From: a virus
IMG/VR virus record: IMGVR_UViG_3300023184_000083
Span: 1 to 64,000 of that record
Length of the DNA stretch: 64,000 nt
Direction: 5' to 3' (one strand)
Made by a program: the position numbers and the translations under genes. This document shows positions 32,649 to 41,286 of the stretch, piece by piece (the first letter of the stretch is position 1; every line of letters starts with the position of its first letter). The notes under the pieces were generated by a model, which had not been told where the DNA came from, did no database searches, and saw nothing but the letters and a program-made list of their open reading frames with translations.

Positions 32649-32664
32649 TGTTTCACGTGAAACA
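32649..32664. promoter_or_regulatory. parS: parS centromere site (perfect consensus)
   Basis: TGTTTCACGTGAAACA, a 16/16 match to the canonical chromosomal parS. Intergenic. Confidence 0.85.
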
Positions 32665-32712
32665 TTCCTTGATGAGGTTGTCATTGTGCCTAATAAAGGA
32701 TACATTGGAGTT

Positions 32713-32883
32713 ATGAGTTACGAAGAGTACATTATCCAAACCCACCTAGACATCCGCAAAGCCATTGAGGCTTATAAAATGTTGCCCGACCTAATCCCTG
32801 CACAAGTTAAAAAGGACTTGTGGCAAGGCATCGTTGAGGCACTTAACTTGGTACAAAACGAGATGGCAAAACTTCCTGCCTAG
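32713..32883 (+). CDS. Hypothetical protein
   Basis: Start reassigned to the ATG abutting motif A. Confidence 0.7.
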   Translation: MSYEEYIIQTHLDIRKAIEAYKMLPDLIPAQVKKDLWQGIVEALNLVQNEMAKLPA

Positions 32884-32922
32884 CAGGTTGTCATTGTCCC
32901 TAATAAAGGATAGATTGAAAGT

Positions 32923-33126
32923 ATGAAAGAACCAAAGTATCCCGATATAACAGTCCCCCTATTTGGGGAAGACGGTAACGCCTTCTCTATTCTTGGTCGG
33001 GTCATGCGAGCCATGCGACGCAACGGAATCTACACAAACAAGTGGGACGAGTTCCACGCCGAAGCCACAGCAGGTGATTACGATAATCTGCTCGCCACGG
33101 TGATGACATGGTTCTCGGTCGTATGA
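32923..33126 (+). CDS. Conserved small phage protein
   Basis: L.G.DGNAF.ILG.V..A.....A..GDY..LL. Preceded by motif A. Confidence 0.8.
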   Translation: MKEPKYPDITVPLFGEDGNAFSILGRVMRAMRRNGIYTNKWDEFHAEATAGDYDNLLATVMTWFSVV

Positions 33127-33243
33127 TGCGCCCTGAACAGCCCCGGGACCACGAAAGCAAGTGCCCCTGCAACGAGTGTGAAACTTGGGCGTGGGCATTG
33201 CTTGATTGGGAAGACGCAGAACGCAAGGAAGGGCGTGACCCAC

Positions 33244-33456
33244 ATGACCGTAATCGTTGAACTCATAAATACCTCAGACCCGCACACGGGGCTAAAAGCC
33301 GGCGATAGAGGACTGCTCGTTCGTCGTCGCCAAGACCCTTGGGGTGAAGTCATAGACGTAGCGTGGGATAGTGGCTCAACGCTCTCACTCGTGAAAGGTG
33401 AGGACTCATGGACTGAGCGAGCCCCGCACCCCGACGACGACTTCATGTACGACTAA
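33244..33456 (+). CDS. DUF4314-like protein
   Basis: VEL....DP...L..GDRG......D......V.WD.GS.L.L..GED. Confidence 0.75.
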   Translation: MTVIVELINTSDPHTGLKAGDRGLLVRRRQDPWGEVIDVAWDSGSTLSLVKGEDSWTERAPHPDDDFMYD

Positions 33457-33510
33457 AAGTTTGTTTGTTCTAATGTTGTTATTGCGTCTAATAAAGGATA
33501 GTATGAACAT

Positions 33511-33651
33511 ATGAAGAAACGCACAATAACCTCATGGTCTGATGAAGACCGTCAGGCATTTGCTGACCGCAACATTCTAAAAGCGCAACGCATACCTGAC
33601 AAAAAAAAGCAACAGTCTCGCAACGCTTGTCGTCAGGTTCGCTTCGCATGA
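33511..33651 (+). CDS. Small basic protein, 46 aa (not in the ORF track)
   Basis: Motif A abuts the ATG. MKKRTITSWSDEDRQAFADRNILKAQRIPDKKK... Confidence 0.65.
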   Translation: MKKRTITSWSDEDRQAFADRNILKAQRIPDKKKQQSRNACRQVRFA

Positions 33652-33815
33652 TATTTATTCTCGTCATGCTTGCTGGGCTTCTGCTCGGACTGGTCGCACG
33701 GTTTTTTCCTGCCGATAAAGGTTGGGGAAAAGATGATGACTAAGGTTGTCATTATCACTAATAACGGATAGAGTGATACTACCAAATACTAATTCCCACC
33801 GAAAGGGGAAATCAA

Positions 33816-34244
33816 GTGGCTAATACTAGCAAGTCCATAAATGTAAAGGTGACTACATCTAAAGTCATCACCGCCTTAGAAAAGGCTCTCGCTGACCGCC
33901 AGACGGAAATCGCCGACTACGCAAAAGCGAAAAAGGAATACCAAAAGGAAGTTAAAGACTTCCAAGACACTCTTGCTGAGTTGTTTCGTTCAGGTAAAGG
34001 AAAAGTAACAGATGTTTCTAAGTACAACACCTATCGTCACGATGACGAAAAGAACAAGTACCAAATCACCGTTGAGTTCCCTGCTTCCATAAAGTCGCCA
34101 GTAGAACCTGAACAGAACCATAATGACTGGGCTATTAAGTCCGACATTGAGGAACTAGAAAACGCTATCGCTCTGCTTAAAATGACAGACGAGGAGTATG
34201 TATCCACTTCTACCTATAAGGGTGTGGCTCGCCTCATTAAGTAG
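33816..34244 (+). CDS. Hypothetical coiled-coil protein
   Basis: Motif A and a purine-rich SD upstream. Confidence 0.75.
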   Translation: MANTSKSINVKVTTSKVITALEKALADRQTEIADYAKAKKEYQKEVKDFQDTLAELFRSGKGKVTDVSKYNTYRHDDEKNKYQITVEFPASIKSPVEPEQNHNDWAIKSDIEELENAIALLKMTDEEYVSTSTYKGVARLIK

Positions 34245-34310
34245 GCAAACCAAGAACAAAACGATAGTGTGGGGTGGGGAAACTCACCCCATTACTACGG
34301 AGAGGAATAA

Positions 34311-34553
34311 ATGATTATTCAACCAAGTCTCACGGAGGCTTTTCTTCGGGGCTCCCGTCTCGGGAAACAAGATAGGTCTTTGGACATTTCTAACTACGAA
34401 CCACTCAACAGTTCATGGGAAGGTAAGACCGCCTATCAAATTATTGACGAACTGCTTAGTGGTGGTGAAGTAGAACAGTTTTACCATGAGTTATGCGACA
34501 CTTTCTGTGCTGGTTACTTTGAGGGAAACAGGAAGCCCCGTGTCTCTCTTTAG
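34311..34553 (+). CDS. Hypothetical protein
   Basis: SD GGAGAGG. Confidence 0.6.
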   Translation: MIIQPSLTEAFLRGSRLGKQDRSLDISNYEPLNSSWEGKTAYQIIDELLSGGEVEQFYHELCDTFCAGYFEGNRKPRVSL

Positions 34554-34914
34554 TTGCGAAATCTGCGGGAACACAGTAGACCCCAAAGGCAAAAGCACGG
34601 TTCAACTAGTGAACGCTTGGATACGGGGCGGCTCACGTGCGCTGTTCTCTATTGAAGATAGAACTTATCGCTATCGCCACGAAGTGTGTTGCGCTAGACC
34701 TGACGATAACGGACAACAGGAGTCACTGTTCGGATGAGTAAAATAATTACCGCTTGGGCGGCTCTAATATCCGCACCTTTAATGTTCCTGCTTCCGCCGG
34801 GGCTCCAGATGTACGCCGTTCTGGTTTTTGCTTTTTCGTTGCTGAAATTGTTTGTAGTCAAATAATCTTTTGCTCAAGGTTGTCATTGTTACTAATAATG
34901 GATAACTTGAAGGT

Positions 34915-35145
34915 ATGACATATTTTGAAACATTCCAAGGCTTGCTTGATAGCGAGTATTACTCTATTGGCGTGACGGGCGCAGAAGCCCTCGTGAACAT
35001 GCTTGACGACCTGAACCAAGGTCGTCTCGTGGAGTTCTTCTTAGAACAAGAAGTCACCGAAGCCGAGTTCCTGATGACCGTGAACCGTCTCGCTGTTAAG
35101 TGGGCTTCCGAAAACGTACTTAACGTAGTCGTAGGGGTGAAGTGA
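34915..35145 (+). CDS. Hypothetical protein
   Basis: Motif A abuts the ATG. Confidence 0.7.
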   Translation: MTYFETFQGLLDSEYYSIGVTGAEALVNMLDDLNQGRLVEFFLEQEVTEAEFLMTVNRLAVKWASENVLNVVVGVK

Positions 35146-35333
35146 TGGGACAAGCCCCGGCTATTGACAAGCAATGTTTCAAGCACCTGATGCTGATGTT
35201 GTGGAACGCCTACCTGATGCTACTGCTACCCTCGGGGCTGCTGTTCGTCGTGCCGATGGCGTTTAGCGCATACCACGCATACCACGCACTAAAACTTCTT
35301 CTGAAGGTTGGCATTACGCCTAATAACAGATAG
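35142..35333 (+). CDS. Small membrane protein
   Basis: Hydrophobic. C-terminus KVGITPNNR is encoded by motif A. Confidence 0.5.
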   Translation: MMGQAPAIDKQCFKHLMLMLWNAYLMLLLPSGLLFVVPMAFSAYHAYHALKLLLKVGITPNNR

Positions 35334-35368
35334 AGTGTAACTATCAACTACTACCGAGAGGAAATCTC

Positions 35369-35788
35369 ATGACCCCTATCCAATACGCAACAGAATTACT
35401 AACTAAATCAGGTGACACTTGGGAAATCCCTACGCCACTTTTGTACGGAGTTACAGACGCAGGTGAGTTCCAACTTCTTTCTTCTGACATTGCCGACATT
35501 TATGAAGCCATTGACGAAGTCACAATCCCTACCTACATGGTTGCGTTCGGCGTAGTCACGACTGGCTGGGCTGCGCCACTCAACGCAGATGGCACAATGG
35601 AAGGCGCACCTTCTAAGCACGCTCAACGCCGTCGTGTGAAGTTGGTATCGGTCATAAACGACAACGGTGCTGGCTCGGCTATGTCTTTCGCAGACGAACC
35701 CGAAGATGTAATCACAGATGAAGGTAGTGCTACTGGCTCACTCGCAGAGGCAATCACCGAAGCGTGGGAAAACAAGGCAACAGCCTAA
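35369..35788 (+). CDS. Hypothetical protein, paralogue of 30816..31226
   Basis: See paralogue entry. Confidence 0.75.
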   Translation: MTPIQYATELLTKSGDTWEIPTPLLYGVTDAGEFQLLSSDIADIYEAIDEVTIPTYMVAFGVVTTGWAAPLNADGTMEGAPSKHAQRRRVKLVSVINDNGAGSAMSFADEPEDVITDEGSATGSLAEAITEAWENKATA

Positions 35789-35948
35789 GTGTTCGCTACG
35801 AGGGGTGGGGATACCTGCCCCTCACAGCACATTGGTGGCCCCGTGCATTTGCTATCCGCCACCGTCGCTACTTGAGAAAAGCGCACACCCAAGCCCCCGG
35901 GGCTCACGCGTCGCATTTTGACTTTGTTATGTGTTTATGTCTGTCTCT

Positions 35949-35981
35949 TTTTCCACAACCTGTGGATAATTCTGTGGATAA
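35949..35981. promoter_or_regulatory. Cluster of three DnaA boxes
   Basis: TTTTCCACA 35949-57. TGTGGATAA 35961-69 and 35973-81. Confidence 0.75.
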
Positions 35982-36034
35982 GTTTTCTTGTTGGCGAGGT
36001 TGGCATTATGCCTAATAACGGATAACTTGAAGGT

Positions 36035-36304
36035 ATGAAGTTCACAGACATCACCACCCCATCAGGCATAGTAACCATTGACCAGACAGACGGTTACATG
36101 ACCTCTACTCCAAACTCCGAGGCTGTCACTCGTTGGTCTTTCTTTCCTAAATATGATTATCTCCATGTGACTTGGGGGCAGACAAAGTACATCTATTCGG
36201 GTGTGCCGTTCTCTGTTATCGCTCGTCTCTTGGCAACAGATAGCGTTGGTCGCTTCCTTAACACGGAAGTTAAGCCGAACTACGAAGTAACAAAGGTGGA
36301 CTAA
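36035..36304 (+). CDS. KTSC-domain protein
   Basis: L.V......Y.Y.GVP......L...DS.G.F.N..VK..Y. Confidence 0.75.
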   Translation: MKFTDITTPSGIVTIDQTDGYMTSTPNSEAVTRWSFFPKYDYLHVTWGQTKYIYSGVPFSVIARLLATDSVGRFLNTEVKPNYEVTKVD

Positions 36305-36386
36305 TGAAAACACTGCTCGCAATTATCCTTAGCCTGCCTCTCGGGGCTGTAGTCTTCATGGCTGTCGTTCTTGCAGGGGGTGACAA

Positions 36387-36767
36387 ATGACGCCTGCCGA
36401 GTGTCGCTCTCGTTTGTTTGGCTATGTCCTAGCGAACCATAGGTACGGAGACTTCCACCCATCTCGTGTGTTTGTAGAGTTAGCCCTCATTGCTGGAGAG
36501 AACGCCTTTGACGACTCTGACCTCATCATGGAGTTCGTTGACGGGGCTCTCGCCGGCTATAACCCCAACACTGTTGTCGTAGACCCACCCTCTCTCATGG
36601 CTGGCTTTGACGCACTTCACCAAGACGCTTGGCTTGCTGGTCTAGCATGGGGCGAGAAGAAGGACTCCGAACAACACGAGTGGGATAAGTTGCCCACCTA
36701 CGATGAGTTCCGTGAATGGTTAAACTCTCCGTTTGACGAGGAAGAAGAAGAACTTGAAATGCTGTGA
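36387..36767 (+). CDS. Hypothetical protein
   Basis: 126-aa ORF with a G-rich SD. Confidence 0.6.
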   Translation: MTPAECRSRLFGYVLANHRYGDFHPSRVFVELALIAGENAFDDSDLIMEFVDGALAGYNPNTVVVDPPSLMAGFDALHQDAWLAGLAWGEKKDSEQHEWDKLPTYDEFREWLNSPFDEEEEELEML

Positions 36768-37170
36768 TAACTGCGGGGTTGAAGCCCCGGACTCCCAACA
36801 ACAGGGAGGCTATATTGACTACGGCTGGTCGTTGAACTGGCTTGCACTCGGTCACTACGGTGGTTTTACGGACTGTGTTCCCGAACGAGACTACGAAGTA
36901 GATAGTCCTCGTTACCTCGCTCATCTCTGTCACGACTGCTGTATTAAACTCCTGAACGTGCTGCCGGGACTCGCAAAGTTGATTTTCCCACAAGAAGGTG
37001 GGGGTCACCCGAACATCAACGAACACGATGCAGACGATGGAACCTTGACTCCACCCTGCTGTCAGTGGGCGTGGACGTGGAAACGTAGCCCCGCTGGCGC
37101 ACCGAACGCTGGTCAGTACGAGACATACTTTGCTACGGCTGATGGTGGCTGGAAAAAAATTAACGACTAA
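36733..37170 (+). CDS. Cys-rich hypothetical protein (start uncertain)
   Basis: CDNC...GHYGGFTD...LCHDC. Confidence 0.65.
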   Translation: MTRKKKNLKCCDNCGVEAPDSQQQGGYIDYGWSLNWLALGHYGGFTDCVPERDYEVDSPRYLAHLCHDCCIKLLNVLPGLAKLIFPQEGGGHPNINEHDADDGTLTPPCCQWAWTWKRSPAGAPNAGQYETYFATADGGWKKIND

Positions 37171-37208
37171 GGGTTGTCATTACCCTTAATAACGGATAGT
37201 CTGAAGGT

Positions 37209-37430
37209 ATGAGTGAATACGAAATACCAGAAATGCCCGACTACTGCCATTGTAGTAGCAACGGAGAGTGCGCCTACTGCCTCTCCCAAGACGAACTAGA
37301 ACTAAAGGTTTCCTTCCATGTTCAGAACGCAGGAAAAGAAGTGCTGTTCACAGGGTCGCTTGCGCAGTGTAGAGCCTTCATGGAGAAGAACGAAATTGCC
37401 CGTAGAGAGTTGCTGTGGGTTAAACAGTAA
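37209..37430 (+). CDS. Small Cys-containing protein
   Basis: Motif A abuts the ATG. Terminator follows. Confidence 0.7.
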   Translation: MSEYEIPEMPDYCHCSSNGECAYCLSQDELELKVSFHVQNAGKEVLFTGSLAQCRAFMEKNEIARRELLWVKQ

Positions 37431-37443
37431 CGTCACAAGAATT

Positions 37444-37470
37444 ACCCCTGCCTTCGGGTGGGGGTTTTTT
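37444..37470 (+). terminator. Intrinsic terminator
   Basis: ACCCCTGCC-TTCG-GGTGGGGGT followed by a T-run. Confidence 0.8.
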
Positions 37471-37481
37471 ATTGCCCGAAC

Positions 37482-37745
37482 TCAGTCCGCCGCGGGACTG
37501 CCGGAAGAACGACGTATCTTCATTACTTGACTGTAGACAGACATCATGGCATCGTTGAGTTCTTTGTTGTTGTCAGAAGCAACGAACTTCATGTCGGCTC
37601 TTGTCCAACACGTGACGTTCCAACGCCCCGCTTGCCGGAGTATTTCAAAGTCAAGGTTCATTAGGTCAAACCACTTCGTAAACTGGGCGATGTCGTTCCC
37701 TGATGTGGCGAGTTTCTTTTCTTCTGTTCCCCAAGATGATGGCAT
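37482..37745 (-). CDS. Hypothetical protein
   Basis: ORF convergent on the terminator. Confidence 0.5.
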   Translation of the reverse strand: MPSSWGTEEKKLATSGNDIAQFTKWFDLMNLDFEILRQAGRWNVTCWTRADMKFVASDNNKELNDAMMSVYSQVMKIRRSSGSPAAD

Positions 37746-37840
37746 GCTTTTACTGTAGTGCATCGGGACCCCTGGCCGGCCGCACAAACAAACCAAACAT
37801 GCAGGTTGTGATAAGCCCTAATAAGGGATAGAGTGTAAGT

Positions 37841-38048
37841 ATCGGTAAAGGACACCGAGTGGAAACCAAAGACTGAGTAATCTCCTAAGGCAACTCGGCG
37901 ATTGGGAGTGCCACAAATATGCAGAGAAGCCCTACCTGCTGGATTGTTTCACGACTAATAACCTCGTTCTTCTCTCAGAGCGTCAATGGTGAATCACAGA
38001 GAACTAGAACCCCATCACAGTCTGGCGATTGTGTTGGGGTTCTTTTTT
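37841..38048 (+). ncRNA. Candidate structured ncRNA of about 205 nt
   Basis: Has its own motif A promoter (37803-35) and terminator (38006-48). No convincing ORF inside. Several complementary segments. Confidence 0.6.
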
Positions 38049-38260
38049 GTCCCCTACCGGCCGCAGCCCCGTCGTTGTCTTCTTGGGTCTAGTTTTTCAT
38101 AGCCTTTCCGCCACCGTCACTGCTTCAGGAAACAACAACACTCCGCTGCGGCGGGGCTAGGGGCCCCAGACTGAGAGTCAGGATTTGGGTGGCAGGAAAG
38201 AAGATTTATTTCTTTCATTTTGACGTTGTAATAACGACTAATAATGGATAGATTGAAGAT

Positions 38261-38575
38261 ATGAACATTTCACTTGACAACGAAAACCTAAAGATAGATG
38301 GTCGTGTGGTTGCAAAAATAACCTCAAAGGCTTCATTTATCCTTCTTCGTGACACACTCCTAAAAACACTCCCACCAACCGAGGCTGTTTATTTGGCTCT
38401 CGCAATGATGGGAGAGTCTCGCACGACAGACATTGCTGACTTTACTGGACAGGATAAGTCAAACTGCCTTCGTCGCTTGGCTGAGTTGGAAGAAGCGGGG
38501 CGCATTGTGCTCACAGATAACGCTTACAACAACGGACTTCGTGGTCGCCCAACCCGTATGTGGGCAGTCGCCTAG
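38261..38575 (+). CDS. Winged-HTH DNA-binding protein
   Basis: T.DIA..TG..KSN..R.L..LE..G.I...GRP...W. Confidence 0.75.
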   Translation: MNISLDNENLKIDGRVVAKITSKASFILLRDTLLKTLPPTEAVYLALAMMGESRTTDIADFTGQDKSNCLRRLAELEEAGRIVLTDNAYNNGLRGRPTRMWAVA

Positions 38576-38732
38576 AGTCGTTCTCCCTCTTGTGTTGAGG
38601 TATCATCTTGGTACAACGACACGAGAGGGTAGTTATGACTAAGAAAGACGACGACGGGGCTGACAAGAAGCAAGAAAAGCCCAAGAAGCAGGAAAGACCA
38701 CGCTTCGTCCAACGAGTTTGGGGAAGTAATAA

Positions 38733-38999
38733 ATGCTGTGGGAGACCACCCGTATGATAGTCCCCATCTTTGTTCTGAACCGCATCCCCGAGACAACCTC
38801 TTTGTGGGTGTGTCAGAACTGCGAAGACTACTGGTGGGAGTCCCGAGATTGCGAAGTATGCAACGCAACGGGTGAACTGGTTGCTTCTCCAAAACAAACT
38901 GTCGGTTGCAACATGGGCGATATGTTCGGGGCTGATTTCTTGTTCCACAAGCAAATGAACAGACACATCAAGAAAAACATACTGTGGGCACCTTGGTAA
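38733..38999 (+). CDS. Cys-rich hypothetical protein
   Basis: CQNC...CEVC. Confidence 0.55.
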   Translation: MLWETTRMIVPIFVLNRIPETTSLWVCQNCEDYWWESRDCEVCNATGELVASPKQTVGCNMGDMFGADFLFHKQMNRHIKKNILWAPW

Positions 39000-39055
39000 A
39001 AAATCTTTTTTTGTCAGAGGTTGTCATTGTTCTTTATTAAGGATAGATTGAAGAT

Positions 39056-39340
39056 ATGAAAATACTTACAGACGACGATATGGAAGTTGTAGCCAACGCT
39101 AACGATGGCTTCGGTTCCTTATTCATCACACTCGCTGGTCTAATGGATAGACTCGGCATTAAGACACTAAAGTCAGCCCTCACCTATTTGCCTGAAGAAA
39201 TTGCAGGCGATGTAGAGATGGATAAAGCACTAAAGTGGGTTCGCTGGGCTATGGGTCAAAAAGGCGATTGCCCAACTCCTGAAATTGGAACGGCTTGTCA
39301 TCACTTTCTTGCTGTAGGATTGCTTGAGGAAACAGAATAA
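39056..39340 (+). CDS. Hypothetical protein
   Basis: Motif A abuts the ATG. Confidence 0.7.
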   Translation: MKILTDDDMEVVANANDGFGSLFITLAGLMDRLGIKTLKSALTYLPEEIAGDVEMDKALKWVRWAMGQKGDCPTPEIGTACHHFLAVGLLEETE

Positions 39341-39639
39341 TGGTCGGCAAAAACGCACCCAACTTTGACCCACAGCCAATGATGGATAGGCTCACACAGC
39401 CGATGTCATTTGACGAGTGGATTGTCATCGGCATGAACAGCGGTTGGTGTAGCCCACCGTTGTGTGAAACCCACGACGGGGTCCCGCAAACTAAAGCCGA
39501 AGAAGAGCAGTGGGAAGAAGGTGGCGACCCATGTATTCATGTGATTCGCCTGTTTGACTCACCCGAAGATAAGGCTGAGGCAGAAGAGGGTCACTCACCC
39601 TCGCAGTGGCGCAACCATTGGAAGCAGTCAGATGTCTGA
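39340..39639 (+). CDS. Conserved hypothetical phage protein
   Basis: F.EW...G...GWC.P..C.THDG.P....E......DPC.H..RL. Confidence 0.7.
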   Translation: MVGKNAPNFDPQPMMDRLTQPMSFDEWIVIGMNSGWCSPPLCETHDGVPQTKAEEEQWEEGGDPCIHVIRLFDSPEDKAEAEEGHSPSQWRNHWKQSDV

Positions 39640-39820
39640 GCACTCATACTTTCGTGCAGACTTAGAGAACGACATGAAGTTCCTCGTCGGTGCTGGGCTC
39701 ATAGAAGTCGCCGGCATTGACGAAGACGGGGACTGGCTGTACCAGCCGACTGCTAAAGGAAAAGCAATGTCACTAGAAATGATGCAACAAATGATTGAAG
39801 CCTCTGGGGAAGAAGAATGA
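39632..39820 (+). CDS. Hypothetical protein
   Basis: GLIEV.GI..DG.WLY..T.KG. Confidence 0.6.
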   Translation: MSEHSYFRADLENDMKFLVGAGLIEVAGIDEDGDWLYQPTAKGKAMSLEMMQQMIEASGEEE

Positions 39821-40050
39821 CCGTGGCCCCGTTGTTCAAAGAATTCGCATCAGCCGAGGAGTTTGAGGAAGCGGTTAAGTCTGCTTACGGACACCCATCA
39901 TGTACATTGCGTTACGGACAGTTGTACTTCAACATGCTTACAAAGTGTCGCCCTGAAATCGCTAAAGCGTTACAAGGCGGGGCACTAGACCCGTTCTACA
40001 AAGAGGGCGTATCAGACGCAACACGCAGTGTCGTAGAGTCTCGTTGGTAA
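39817..40050 (+). CDS. Hypothetical protein
   Basis: RYGQ..FN.L...RP..A.......DPFY. Confidence 0.65.
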   Translation: MTVAPLFKEFASAEEFEEAVKSAYGHPSCTLRYGQLYFNMLTKCRPEIAKALQGGALDPFYKEGVSDATRSVVESRW

Positions 40051-40087
40051 GGTTGCCATTGTTGCTAATAAGGGTTACACTGAAGTC

Positions 40088-40264
40088 ATGAACATACCAG
40101 CACCATTTAAAGGTACAGCAGAACAAGCGAAAGCAAACTTTGCAACTCATCGTTTTAGTAACGACGACGACTTTAGATGTGGTCAGTGCGACTGCAAACC
40201 ATGGCACATAACAGCCAGTTATCCGTGCGGTGAGGAACCACCTCGCATTTTCGTAAACGAATAA
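40088..40264 (+). CDS. Small Cys/His protein, 58 aa (not in the ORF track)
   Basis: Motif A abuts the ATG. RCGQCDCKPWH..ASYPCG.EPPR. Terminator at 40284-40315. Confidence 0.7.
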   Translation: MNIPAPFKGTAEQAKANFATHRFSNDDDFRCGQCDCKPWHITASYPCGEEPPRIFVNE

Positions 40265-40511
40265 ACCATCTCCACTCAGAGCGAAAGCCGGGACTCTTCG
40301 GGGTCCTGGCTTTTTCGCATTATGGGTTTGCTTTCCGCCACCGTCACTACTTGAGTAAACATTTGTTCCGGCTGCTGCCGGTCCCGCGCGCCATCTTCAG
40401 ATAATGAGTCAAACGGGGGGCAAAAAAGGCAAATAAAAAGTTTCTATTTAAGGTTGTGTTTACCCTTAATAACGGTTAGAGTGTTCTTATGAGTGGAGAG
40501 GGGGTGAAAAA

Positions 40512-40652
40512 ATGATGACAACCACGACTTGCTGGTTTTGCGGCGTACTGTGCCCAATCCAAGGTTCTGCGGAACTGCCCGAGGGCGGGGCCGAGCCTGC
40601 GGGTACTTGCCCTGCCTGCGAAGCGGAGCAGGCGCTAGAAGCACTACTCTAG
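40512..40652 (+). CDS. Small zinc-binding protein, 46 aa (not in the ORF track)
   Basis: CWFC...CPAC. Downstream of motif A. Confidence 0.55.
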   Translation: MMTTTTCWFCGVLCPIQGSAELPEGGAEPAGTCPACEAEQALEALL

Positions 40653-40706
40653 CCTTCCAACCCCCCAAAGCCCTCCGACAGGACAGGCTAGGGGTACGGG
40701 CGGGGC

Positions 40707-40937
40707 TCAGTTCTCCCAGGGGGTGCCATTCCAGTTGCCTAGCCGCTTAGCCATTGAGCCGAGCGTGTTCGCTCCGCCTTCCCATTTGATTTCCTTAGCC
40801 CCGGTTTCCATCAACTTAAGTTGACGCCTGATGTCTTCAAGCATTTGTTCAAGGAGACGCAAGCGCCCCTCCAGTCGCTTGATGCGCTGTTCGTGCAGTT
40901 CGTCAGGAAGTTCAGGGTTGTCGTTCTGTTCGCTCAT
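40707..40937 (-). CDS. Small coiled-coil protein
   Basis: SD GAGG and a heptad pattern. Confidence 0.55.
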   Translation of the reverse strand: MSEQNDNPELPDELHEQRIKRLEGRLRLLEQMLEDIRRQLKLMETGAKEIKWEGGANTLGSMAKRLGNWNGTPWEN

Positions 40938-41053
40938 TTCCTCAGACTACACGCAGCGGGACTCAACGTCGGGGGACACGCCCCCATAAAACCCCTCAAA
41001 ACTTTCTTGCTCATAATGTTGTAATTGTTACTAATAAAGGATAGAGTGTTCTT

Positions 41054-41182
41054 ATGAGTGGTGAGGAGGTGAATATGGGAATTGATTGCGAAGAAACTTG
41101 CAAGTGTGGTATTACTTACCAAACGTGGCTAGTTTACGACGTTGAGTGCATTGACGATAAAGTGCACGTGTGGGAAGACTAA
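41054..41182 (+). CDS. Small Cys-rich protein (alternative start 41075)
   Basis: Motif A upstream. Terminator at 41202-41234. Confidence 0.5.
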   Translation: MSGEEVNMGIDCEETCKCGITYQTWLVYDVECIDDKVHVWED

Positions 41183-41286
41183 ATAGTCACCCACAACAAA
41201 ATAACCCGTCTGTGCCCTCCGCAGACGGGTTTTTGTTTGCCCTGATTCACGTCGTATCTGGGGCCCCGCGATAGACTGAGAGCATC

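Noticed and set aside
37841-38048. Assignment of the candidate ncRNA to a known riboswitch or ribozyme (c-di-GMP-I, SAM-I, glycine, hammerhead)
   Set aside because: I could not find the conserved cores, and no gene lies between the RNA and its terminator.
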